Shown in pieces: positions 28,707 to 37,732 of a DNA stretch of 64,000 nucleotides. The DNA is from a virus. Within the stretch, counting starts at the first letter, position 1; every line of letters starts with the position of its first letter. Location: the IMG/VR virus record IMGVR_UViG_3300045806_000063, positions 96,001-160,000 of that record; one strand, written 5' to 3'. A program made the position numbers and the translations under genes. A model generated the notes under the pieces. That model was not told the DNA's origin. It searched no databases and saw nothing but the letters and a program-made list of their open reading frames with translations.

Positions 28707-31228
28707 ATATAATCGAAACATTAATTTCTCATCTAAACAGAAAGGTATGGTATAACTCACTGTTGGATAGGACTGGCATTTACCGGTCTCTAATGTTATC
28801 CACTAACAGAGGTGGTGTAGATTCTATTAGTACACCATTGGTGAGTTACGATCTACCTGATAGTACAAACCGTTATATCTTAGTAACTCTCGATGTGGTT
28901 CCTGTTCAAGCTTTAAACCTTGATACTATAGGAACTGGATGGGTGCCTGTATCAACTTTAATTAGTAAAAATATCTGGTTTACTGCAGTCAGAAATGGTA
29001 GACGATTTACACTAGCTGGTGCATTTATAAAGATCACCGAACACAGTGAAGTGTTAATAGCTTTTAGTTATGCTAATAACTTGCAGGTTACTACTTTAAC
29101 CACGCCTATTTTTGTTAAGTTTTATAGCAATGCATACTTTGGCACTAACACTGGGAGAGGAAATACCTTATCCCTTTTTAGTTATACCTTTTCAGGTAGC
29201 AGTACACTCCTGAATTATAATACATTCTGCAGTACCAACATATCACCAGCTAACGCATTAGTGTTTAAAAATGGACTGTTTCTTCCAGTAGGGTTACCTG
29301 CGTATAGTTCGTTAATTCTAGGCGATATAGTGGAGTTCATTAATGACCCATCGATTACAGATGTTCATTTAATACCACTGACTTCAATGCCAGTATATAC
29401 GTCCGCAGCTGACTCAGTTAATAAAATGATAGCTTCATTAGATCTGGTAAATGATACGGCGTTTATACAGGATATTGACTTCTATGTGATAGGGACTACG
29501 GCAGGAGGAACTGTAGAAGGTTTAAGCTTTTTAAGATTAGACAATTCAGTCATTAGACAGTTAACCTATAAGGACTTTGGATTAAACTCACAACTGATCC
29601 AAAATGCAGTTACTGACTTGATATCCTTTACCGATGTTGTAGCAGCAACTGGGATTAACATTTTAATTGTAAGAAGAACTATTGGGATACCCAGAGTAGA
29701 TATCAATGACTCCAACTATCTCTCAGATCTAATGCAATTACCGGTAGTTATTAGGCAGAATGTAATGACTGGTGTAAATGCTAACTTACCAATATGGCAA
29801 GCTAGCAATATTGAATCATGTCCTTTTAATTCATTTATACAACATCTTAACTTACCTTATATCACAAGTAATTACTTCGGAGTTTACACACAACGCGAAG
29901 CTTATAACTATCTTGAAAACTTAACGAAACGAGATACAGGTAATTACTTTCTTCCACCCATCTGTTTAGGAACTGGTCAACTAGTTGAATTTGATTCATC
30001 TGGGAAAAACCCTACTTTAAATTTAGTTTCAACTATAACAGAAGGTTTAGGATGGGATAGTGATAAACATATATTCCTTCCCTTCACTGACTCGGTGAGT
30101 GGACTAGATATATTAATAGCCGCTAACGATGCCACTGATACTGTAGTCTCTGGTAACTTTGATATCCTCTGCTTATACAATGATGGAACATTGAAAATAG
30201 CTACACTTGGTATTGATTATACTTTAACTGATAATAACACTACTGACCTAACCACCATTACATGGTCAACAGTTGCAAAGACCTACCCTAGAGTGATACG
30301 CTCTGCTGCTAATGGAATAGCTTTCACTGTAACAGTTGATGAGAGTCAGTTAATAGCAGGAATCGATGTTTACAATGGATTTGTACCTGCGAATGATTTA
30401 GGCATGGGCAGTTTGTTAGTCTGGGCTAATGGTGATTATTTAATCTACGGATTAGATTATGTCATGTTTGAATCTAAACTGTTTATCTCGTCTCAGAGAA
30501 ACAGTTGGGCTTTACCTATGTCTTTAACTGTACTGTATGTTGGGCTCCCTAATACTCAACTTAGTTATCAGGATAATACTACATTCGGGTTTGTAAAATA
30601 CGAAAGTATTCTCGAAGATAGTGTCTATGATTTAATTGGTTTTAGAGATAAGTTACTAGTCGTAGATGGAGCAGTTTATGATTTAAACCAAATCAATGCC
30701 AAGGAACAGTATCAGGATAACGTAGACGTTAATACAAGCCCTTGGGTAAATGGTACCTCATTCGCTGTCATTGACCGTCCTCATGTTGCTAGAGTGGATT
30801 TAATTCTTCAGCTAACTAACACAGCTGTATATGAGTCTGAGATAGATGTTTCAGTATCCAATTTGCTAACAGTAGTTGATCCACAACCTATACCTTCAAC
30901 TGCAAATGTGATCCCACAGATGTACGTGGTAGTTAGTTTGCTTATGCAGAAATTAATAACTGACATAACGTCAGGTGTTCTCTTAGGGTTAGTGCTGGAG
31001 TCTTATACTGAAGAGACGTTATACCCTATTGTTGAACCTTATATATGGATGCTTCATGTTGATCTAACTCACGCAAACCTTGATACAAACTACGTGGTTT
31101 TTGCTCCATGTTGGAATGCTGGTCCTCAAACTGTTAGCTCTGTAGCATTTAGTTTTCTTAACGCCGTTAATACCATAATCTTAGGTGGTAAGGTGCAACG
31201 GCTCGGCTCTTACTTGTCAATTGGCTAA
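28703..31228 (+). CDS. Virion structural protein (phiKZ gp27-like)
   Basis: 841 aa; IRQLTYKDFG, LVWANGDYLIYGLDY, GFVKYESILEDSVYD; position. Confidence 0.7.
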   Translation: MNIIETLISHLNRKVWYNSLLDRTGIYRSLMLSTNRGGVDSISTPLVSYDLPDSTNRYILVTLDVVPVQALNLDTIGTGWVPVSTLISKNIWFTAVRNGRRFTLAGAFIKITEHSEVLIAFSYANNLQVTTLTTPIFVKFYSNAYFGTNTGRGNTLSLFSYTFSGSSTLLNYNTFCSTNISPANALVFKNGLFLPVGLPAYSSLILGDIVEFINDPSITDVHLIPLTSMPVYTSAADSVNKMIASLDLVNDTAFIQDIDFYVIGTTAGGTVEGLSFLRLDNSVIRQLTYKDFGLNSQLIQNAVTDLISFTDVVAATGINILIVRRTIGIPRVDINDSNYLSDLMQLPVVIRQNVMTGVNANLPIWQASNIESCPFNSFIQHLNLPYITSNYFGVYTQREAYNYLENLTKRDTGNYFLPPICLGTGQLVEFDSSGKNPTLNLVSTITEGLGWDSDKHIFLPFTDSVSGLDILIAANDATDTVVSGNFDILCLYNDGTLKIATLGIDYTLTDNNTTDLTTITWSTVAKTYPRVIRSAANGIAFTVTVDESQLIAGIDVYNGFVPANDLGMGSLLVWANGDYLIYGLDYVMFESKLFISSQRNSWALPMSLTVLYVGLPNTQLSYQDNTTFGFVKYESILEDSVYDLIGFRDKLLVVDGAVYDLNQINAKEQYQDNVDVNTSPWVNGTSFAVIDRPHVARVDLILQLTNTAVYESEIDVSVSNLLTVVDPQPIPSTANVIPQMYVVVSLLMQKLITDITSGVLLGLVLESYTEETLYPIVEPYIWMLHVDLTHANLDTNYVVFAPCWNAGPQTVSSVAFSFLNAVNTIILGGKVQRLGSYLSIG

Positions 31229-31239
31229 AGGTATTTATT

Positions 31240-32883
31240 ATGTCAGGAAATGTAGAACAACAGAACCTCTTAGCGGGGTTTAGGGTATGGGATATATCTG
31301 AGGTATACCAGGGAACTGTCATTGACGGAGTGACACTACATGTGCCTAATGTTAATGACATGGTAGTGGATTGGACTAATGGGTTTTATAAGGTTACTGC
31401 TGTTAATAGTAGCAACATACCCACACTTCAATCTATTGACATGTCTCTCTTAACAGAGACACTTCAAGGAATCACACCAATAAATAGATTAGCACCTTAT
31501 CAGCAAATGATGAGAGCTTTTCTTAATACGACTGTAACTCCATTTGAAATGAATATAGATACTCAAATGGTTTTATACTCGGTAGCATATATCAAAGTAT
31601 TTTTGGGGGTAGATACCTCTCCAACTGGTACTGTGATTTCACAGATGTATAATGGGGAAGGTGTTTTCACTAGTGAAAATGTACCAACTGTGGCAATAGA
31701 TTCTACTAAACCCAATATTGTACAACCTGTTGGATTTAACAGCAGTATGGCGTTGAGCGATGGAGCTGTAGTAACTGCAATCTTCTATAATGTTAGTGGC
31801 ATTGTTGTTGGACAGCAGGGATTCTTAGTGAAGAACTCAAACCTTATCCGAGGCATTGGGCAGAATCAGGTTTATATCACTTCGGTAGAATTAGTCTCAA
31901 CTTTGTTAGATCCCATTGATGCCAGTATCATTAATGCGCCAGCTAACATTAGCATTAGTGGAGTTAACTTCCAAGCTCAGTTAAATTATAGCGATGGATC
32001 TAATTCATTAATTGCAGTAGACTCATTGAAGTGTAAATTGTTTGGTTTAGATGAGTTTAACCCTACCATATCTGGTGTTTTAAATGAACTTACTTTAGTT
32101 TACTATCTAAGTCCAAATGAATCTGCTTTAACCACTACCAACCAATCGTTACAGTTTGTAGCTGCACCATATAAAATACGGGCAGTAAATAGCCCTATCG
32201 AATTCTCGTTTAAAGTTTTCATATCGCCTAAGTTTAACTCATCCACAAATCAGTACACTAACGACTACTGGTTCTGTAGTTTAGACAGAACATTATGTCA
32301 GAAATTAGTCCCAGGTCAGTATTCTGTAACTATGAATCTTGGTGGTGTCATTAATACTGCTGCAGGAACTTCTCAAGAGTATGTAGTAGCAGTAAATGTA
32401 CCTGATATTATACCTATAGGTTATGCTGGATTTACGTTCCCTCAACAAGTAACGACGAAGTATGGTATCGGAACTAGCGTGGGATGGATCATTGATTACA
32501 ATAATGATTCAGTAGATACTTACGGAAATGGCGTGTATGGTGAATACTCAACATTAGGAGCTGAAGTATTTACAATCTCAGCTGCTCAAAGTTCATTAAC
32601 AAATTGGTTACAGTTAATGTGGGAACCAATACATTCCATATTTGACTCAACTACAGTGTTGGCTCCACCAACACCAACACATATGCAGTTAGAGTATCAA
32701 GGTGGTTTATCACCTATGTTACACATAGCTGAGTACTGGAATATCACTCTACCTAAGTACTTTTCAGCAGCTTGGGTACCTAACTCCACGTTAAACATTA
32801 TCTGGTATTACTTGGAAACCGATGGGTTAACTTATGGCGCGTTAGGTGTAAGTCCTGTAGTAATGACGAATACGTTAGTTTAG
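31240..32883 (+). CDS. Virion structural protein (phiKZ gp26-like, baseplate/tail)
   Basis: 547 aa; GFRVWDISEVYQG, VPNVNDMVVD, YIKVFLGVD, FSFKVFISPKF; position. Confidence 0.7.
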   Translation: MSGNVEQQNLLAGFRVWDISEVYQGTVIDGVTLHVPNVNDMVVDWTNGFYKVTAVNSSNIPTLQSIDMSLLTETLQGITPINRLAPYQQMMRAFLNTTVTPFEMNIDTQMVLYSVAYIKVFLGVDTSPTGTVISQMYNGEGVFTSENVPTVAIDSTKPNIVQPVGFNSSMALSDGAVVTAIFYNVSGIVVGQQGFLVKNSNLIRGIGQNQVYITSVELVSTLLDPIDASIINAPANISISGVNFQAQLNYSDGSNSLIAVDSLKCKLFGLDEFNPTISGVLNELTLVYYLSPNESALTTTNQSLQFVAAPYKIRAVNSPIEFSFKVFISPKFNSSTNQYTNDYWFCSLDRTLCQKLVPGQYSVTMNLGGVINTAAGTSQEYVVAVNVPDIIPIGYAGFTFPQQVTTKYGIGTSVGWIIDYNNDSVDTYGNGVYGEYSTLGAEVFTISAAQSSLTNWLQLMWEPIHSIFDSTTVLAPPTPTHMQLEYQGGLSPMLHIAEYWNITLPKYFSAAWVPNSTLNIIWYYLETDGLTYGALGVSPVVMTNTLV

Positions 32884-32886
32884 TCT

Positions 32887-32926
32887 AGTAGATCCCATAG
32901 CCCCTTAAGGGGCTATGGGATCTACT
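32887..32926. terminator. 40-bp perfect palindrome centred on CTTAAG
   Basis: AGTAGATCCCATAGCCCCTTAAGGGGCTATGGGATCTACT. Confidence 0.7.
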
Positions 32927-32985
32927 CTATTTATTTAAAGGCATATATTATCTTTACGTTACTAACAATAGTTTTGGAGAAATGT

Positions 32986-33414
32986 ATGGAAATAAATGCA
33001 ACAATTAAAAGAACCTTAAGATCGATAGAAGCGATAATGGCTCGCTCCGGAGTGGGTAAATGGAATAAGGAAGATGTGATTACTAGTTGTGAGAGTTTAT
33101 CCCGTGAAGCCGAGAGCCTAAGTCAAGAACAAATGAAAAAAGATTTAGATTGGAGCGGCAATACTATAATTAAAATTGAAACTGGTAATTTTATAACCGT
33201 TATCCACATAGACTCTATTAAACATATGACGTTGTTTAGCAGTGATGCCGGTGGTACATTACGAATAACGATGCATGGTTCAGATAAAGATACAATTATT
33301 GACACTTCTACCAAAGAAGACATAGAGCATTTGGTTGAAATATTAGAGAAACTGATCGAAATTAAACAATTGGATTACTCTGAACGCCCTCGGGTAATGC
33401 AACTGATTATCTAG
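32986..33414 (+). CDS. Hypothetical protein
   Basis: ATG 32986 with GGAG RBS, promoter-like CATATATTATC near 32943. Confidence 0.7.
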   Translation: MEINATIKRTLRSIEAIMARSGVGKWNKEDVITSCESLSREAESLSQEQMKKDLDWSGNTIIKIETGNFITVIHIDSIKHMTLFSSDAGGTLRITMHGSDKDTIIDTSTKEDIEHLVEILEKLIEIKQLDYSERPRVMQLII

Positions 33415-33468
33415 CACTGATTAAAAAAAACTTGTAACACAATTAAACTTAATTAAGAGGTACTAAAA

Positions 33469-34053
33469 ATGACAATTCAGAACACACTCGCTATACAATA
33501 TTGCGTTTATTATACTGCCGATAAAGATGTCTTAATATCCCAAAAAACGGTAGTGATTGACGTAGTCCAAATATTGGCAGCAACCATGTTTACGGATGGC
33601 GGGGTATCTAAGCTAGTATTCACTTTCATTAACAATAATCCTCCTATCGAGTTTAAACTCAATAGCTCGATTAACGCTGATGTAATTGGGGATATACTGG
33701 ATATCGTCAGTATATCCAAAACGCATAATAGTAACTGTCGTTACACTAGGGTAATAGGTGTGATCGTTCCAGAACCTTTGTACAAAATACAGGATGGGAA
33801 TTACCATGCAGGATCTATTACTGCTAGTCAAAAACCCAAGGTTAAAAAGCTGCTGAAGAGCTTATATACGGAGCTACTTGAGGAAGGACTTTATAGTACT
33901 AACTACTTGGCATCAGAACAAGTAAAGGAGCTTTTAGATTTCCTTCCCAGGTTAATAGAAGAGAATGCAATTCCGCCCGCACCACACATTAACCGTGTAG
34001 TGCGCCTTTTAGAAGAAATAGAAAAAATTCCAGACTTTGAATCCTGGTTATAA
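33469..34053 (+). CDS. Hypothetical mosaic protein containing a 51-bp copy of the gp28-like gene
   Basis: 194 aa; EEGLYSTNYLASEQVK shared with the 27741 gene. Confidence 0.7.
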   Translation: MTIQNTLAIQYCVYYTADKDVLISQKTVVIDVVQILAATMFTDGGVSKLVFTFINNNPPIEFKLNSSINADVIGDILDIVSISKTHNSNCRYTRVIGVIVPEPLYKIQDGNYHAGSITASQKPKVKKLLKSLYTELLEEGLYSTNYLASEQVKELLDFLPRLIEENAIPPAPHINRVVRLLEEIEKIPDFESWL

Positions 34054-34123
34054 CCTTAGTAATCGATAAAAGATAATTGAACTCTGCTATATTACGACTT
34101 AACTTTAACTTATAGGAGGAAAA

Positions 34124-34750
34124 ATGTCAGGAGTTTTAATTGCATTTGAAGGTTGTGACGGTTCTGGTAAAACTACACAGGCTTCAAAACTGTATAGTAA
34201 ATTATCCCAAAAGAAACTATCAGTTTCCTTGAGATGTCAGCCGGGAAACACTCCGATCGGGAATTTAACAAGACGGTATTTAAATGAACCCAATCCGTTT
34301 CATACATTAGAAGAATATGATGAGTTTATTGGCTTGTTAGCTGTGGCAGACAGATTTCTTTTAAACCACGGCGCGGATGATGGAGTTAAAGATACTGTGA
34401 AATTTGGCGGGATAGTTATTAGTGATAGAAGTCATTTCACTTCGTTTGCTTATAACGGTTTAGATACTACCGAGTTAGCCCAGTATCAATTACGTCGGAT
34501 GCCTGAACCTGATTTGATATTCTTCTTAGATATATCATCAGAGCTGGCAATGGAACGGCTCAGTATCAGTCAAAAAAAGACTGATAACAATGAGACTCAT
34601 ACAAAACAAATAAAGGTAATAAATAACTACCATAACTTAATTCAGAGTAAAACCATGAATGCCGTAGTAATCGACGGCAGTTTAGATATAGAAACTATCC
34701 ATGAGATAATTTTAACTGAGGTACTAATGTACTTACACGTAAATCCTTAG
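34124..34750 (+). CDS. tmk: Thymidylate kinase
   Basis: LIAFEGCDGSGKTTQA, LAVADR, VISDRSHFTSFAY, PDLIFFLDIS. Confidence 0.93.
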   Translation: MSGVLIAFEGCDGSGKTTQASKLYSKLSQKKLSVSLRCQPGNTPIGNLTRRYLNEPNPFHTLEEYDEFIGLLAVADRFLLNHGADDGVKDTVKFGGIVISDRSHFTSFAYNGLDTTELAQYQLRRMPEPDLIFFLDISSELAMERLSISQKKTDNNETHTKQIKVINNYHNLIQSKTMNAVVIDGSLDIETIHEIILTEVLMYLHVNP

Positions 34751-34768
34751 TCATGAAGGAAATAATCG

Positions 34769-35719
34769 ATGAATATTTTAACAGTTGGCGATAAGGGAAA
34801 GGCAAGATGTCATACATGCAAAGCCTTTGTCAGTATAACTTTTAAGCTGAGAGATGTACCATTACGTGATGGTAGCGGTATAATAGATAATGTCTTAGCT
34901 GGCATTTGTGATTATTGCGATAACGTGGTAAGCTTACCACTGCAATCCGCACCTTACTTAGATACAATACATGAAGCAATGCAAGATGCAGCGAAACTCC
35001 AAGCTAAGCAATTGCTAGAGCAGTCTCATTTTGATCCTGCAGAGATACATGATAGAATACAATTTTTAATATTACCAAAAACCATAGAGGAAAAACAAAT
35101 GAAAAAAGATTTAGATACATTAAACGAAACACTAAACAAACTCAAAATGATAGAGGAAATGGAGAGTAGATACCATGACCTTCTTAATAGACGTTCCTAT
35201 TTTGACCAGTCTTTGCCGCAGCCATCTCTCACTGGCAAAGAAATGGAAAATCTTAAGAATTTAAGACAAGCTAATGCTGCAATTATAGCGGATCTGTTCG
35301 AGGATGTTGAGGCAGTTGATGAGGTCTCCACTGAAGAGGTTAAATCCTATTCCTCAATGCGGGATGCTTTGAAATATGCTAATTTAACGGCAGCTATCAA
35401 ATCTACCGTAGTTGAAAAGGAGGAAGACTTAAGACAGGATACAAAACCCACTCCTCCACCTAAACTGCTAACTACCGCAGTAGACACAACCATAGACTTG
35501 TTTGCTACCGCAGTAGACACAACCATAGACTTGTTTGTCTACTGCGGTCTAATTACATCATATTCTAACGAATGGTCAATAGTAGATAAGTTAAACGCCC
35601 TGGCCGCAGTATTTAACCGTAGTAAGGAAGAGAAATCTCCTATTGAAGCAGCATCTCACATTAGTGAGACTGAAGAACAGGAAATACAAGCCGCCGTCCG
35701 TCATCGTAAGGAAGTTTAA
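34769..35719 (+). CDS. Protein with N-terminal zinc finger (CxxC...CxxC, MqsA/YgiT-like) and unrelated C-terminal region
   Basis: [56 protein letters not shown]. Confidence 0.6.
   Translation: MNILTVGDKGKARCHTCKAFVSITFKLRDVPLRDGSGIIDNVLAGICDYCDNVVSLPLQSAPYLDTIHEAMQDAAKLQAKQLLEQSHFDPAEIHDRIQFLILPKTIEEKQMKKDLDTLNETLNKLKMIEEMESRYHDLLNRRSYFDQSLPQPSLTGKEMENLKNLRQANAAIIADLFEDVEAVDEVSTEEVKSYSSMRDALKYANLTAAIKSTVVEKEEDLRQDTKPTPPPKLLTTAVDTTIDLFATAVDTTIDLFVYCGLITSYSNEWSIVDKLNALAAVFNRSKEEKSPIEAASHISETEEQEIQAAVRHRKEV
35472..35537 (+). repeat. 33-bp in-frame tandem duplication (2 copies)
   Basis: CTACCGCAGTAGACACAACCATAGACTTGTTTG twice, encoding [10 protein letters not shown]. Confidence 0.95.
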
Positions 35720-35721
35720 AC

Positions 35722-36309
35722 ATGTCATTAATACCAGATAGTCGAATTCAAGAACTGGTTGCTAGCCATGATATGATTTCTCCATTTGTGGGTTATCAGG
35801 TTAGGTCCACTCCCAGTCCCCTTTACTCAGTCCAGCCGGAACCGGTTATTTCGTACGGGTTATCTAGCTTTGGATATGATGTACGATGTGCTGATGAGTT
35901 TAAAATATTTACTAATATAAATTCATCTATCGTCGATCCAAAGGACTTTGATCCTAAAGGATTTATATCTGTTAAGGCAGATTCAATTCTGATACCTCCA
36001 AATAGCTTTGTATTGACACATACCGTTGAGTATTTTAAGATCCCGAGAAATGTACTCGTCTTGTGTGTTGGTAAGTCCACTTATGCAAGATGTGGACTGT
36101 TACTGAATGTGACGCCATTGGAACCTGAATGGGAAGGACAAGTGACATTGGAGATATCCAATACCACTTCATTACCGGCCAGGGTATATGCCAATGAAGG
36201 TATAGCTCAGTTTCTATTCTTTGAATCTTCTACCCCTTGCAGCTCATCTTACGCTGATAAGAAGGGTAAATATCAAGGCCAGAAAGGCACCACCCTACCT
36301 ATAACGTAA
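35722..36309 (+). CDS. dcd: dCTP deaminase
   Basis: [53 protein letters not shown]. Confidence 0.96.
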   Translation: MSLIPDSRIQELVASHDMISPFVGYQVRSTPSPLYSVQPEPVISYGLSSFGYDVRCADEFKIFTNINSSIVDPKDFDPKGFISVKADSILIPPNSFVLTHTVEYFKIPRNVLVLCVGKSTYARCGLLLNVTPLEPEWEGQVTLEISNTTSLPARVYANEGIAQFLFFESSTPCSSSYADKKGKYQGQKGTTLPIT

Positions 36310-36316
36310 ATTCAGT

Positions 36317-36346
36317 ATAGACTCACTGATTAATCAGTGAGTCTAT
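36317..36346. terminator. 30-bp perfect palindrome centred on ATTAAT
   Basis: ATAGACTCACTGATTAATCAGTGAGTCTAT. Confidence 0.65.
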
Positions 36347-36359
36347 GGTTTTAATACTT

Positions 36360-36448
36360 AAATAATTTTCAAACATATATCATCTAGATGAGATTACTAA
36401 ATAGTGATTCTTAAGTAGCTATTCTTTTAATAGCAAATTAGATTGGAG
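36360..36448 (+). promoter_or_regulatory. Type A promoter-leader-RBS module, copy 3
   Basis: CATATATCATCTAGATGAGATTACTAAATAGTGATTCTTAAGTAGCTATTCTTTTAATAGCAAATTAGATTGGAG. Confidence 0.75.
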
Positions 36449-36454
36449 AATGAA

Positions 36455-37591
36455 ATGGCTAGTATAGGTTTGTGCATGATAGTAAAGAATGAAGCAGCTG
36501 TAATTATGCGTTGTCTGGATAGCTGCTTGCCCTTGTTGGACTATGTGTTAATAGTCGACACCGGTTCTAGTGATGGCACCCAACAGCTGATACGTCAATT
36601 TCTGCAGGAAACCGGCTTACCCGGCAGCGTGGTGGATGAGCCGTGGCAAGATTTTGCCCATAATCGCAGTTCCGCATTGCAAAAACTCAGACAGCGCCCG
36701 GAACTGGATTATAGCTTGATGATAGATGCCGACGAAGTGCTGCACTATGAGGCTGATTTTGATGCTGCGCTGTTTAAACAGCAATTGGATCAGGATGTAT
36801 ACGACATTGAAACCCGTTACGGCAATATCAACTACCTACGCCCACAACTGTGCAGTAACCACCTGCCCTTTTATTACAAAGGCATCCTCCACGAATATCT
36901 GGAACTCAATCAATCGTTTACCAGAGAGCCTCTAAAGGGCTTATATAACACTCCATTACCAGACGGAGCTCGTTCCCGTAATCCTCAGAAATATCAAGAG
37001 GATGCTGCTGCATTAGAAGCAGCTCTTGAACATGAAACTGATAAGCAGCTGCAACGGCGCTATACCTTTTACTTAGCTCAAAGCTATAGAGATTGTAAAG
37101 AGTTTGATAAAGCTTTAAACGCATATGCGCGGCGGACACACCAAGGTGGGTGGGATGAAGAAATATATTACTCTTTTTTATCCATTGCCCGTATACAGGA
37201 ATATCTTGGGTATTCGAAAGAGTATGTGCTGAATAATTATTTTGAAGCTCATGAAATTAAACCATCTAGATTGGAAGCTCTACATGGTGCTGTTAGTTAT
37301 TGCCGTAAGAATCAAAAAATGGGTCTAGCTTATTTAATAAGCAAAGGTGCATTGGAACAGAAAGCTCCGCCAGATGCTCTATTTTCAGAGCAGTGGATTT
37401 ATGATTATGGTATACTCGATGAGTATACCATTGCTGCTTATTGGGCGGGACACTATGCCGAGAGTTACAAAGCCTGCATGCAGTTATTAAAATCACCATT
37501 AGTACCAGTTCGGGAACGAAACCGAATCCAGACTAATGCGAAGTCCGCATTAAAGAAAATCGATGACAATGCTTTGGTTCAGCAGTGGTAA
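36455..37591 (+). CDS. Family 2 glycosyltransferase with TPR-like C-terminus
   Basis: IGLCMIVKNEAAVIMRCLDS, VDTGSSDGT, FAHNRS, IDADE, YKGILHEY, FYLAQSYRD; ATG 36455. Confidence 0.9.
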   Translation: MASIGLCMIVKNEAAVIMRCLDSCLPLLDYVLIVDTGSSDGTQQLIRQFLQETGLPGSVVDEPWQDFAHNRSSALQKLRQRPELDYSLMIDADEVLHYEADFDAALFKQQLDQDVYDIETRYGNINYLRPQLCSNHLPFYYKGILHEYLELNQSFTREPLKGLYNTPLPDGARSRNPQKYQEDAAALEAALEHETDKQLQRRYTFYLAQSYRDCKEFDKALNAYARRTHQGGWDEEIYYSFLSIARIQEYLGYSKEYVLNNYFEAHEIKPSRLEALHGAVSYCRKNQKMGLAYLISKGALEQKAPPDALFSEQWIYDYGILDEYTIAAYWAGHYAESYKACMQLLKSPLVPVRERNRIQTNAKSALKKIDDNALVQQW

Positions 37592-37652
37592 CCGGGATGC
37601 AGATATAGGCGAGATATCATCTGTGGTAAAGTAGTTCTAATCATTTTATGTA

Positions 37653-37686
37653 TGGTACCTGATGCTGATATCAGCATCAGGTACCA
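37653..37686. terminator. 34-bp perfect palindrome centred on GATATC
   Basis: TGGTACCTGATGCTGATATCAGCATCAGGTACCA. Confidence 0.65.
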
Positions 37687-37732
37687 ATCTTTAACCTAGT
37701 AATCTTTTTTTGATTATTAAACGGGGAACTTA

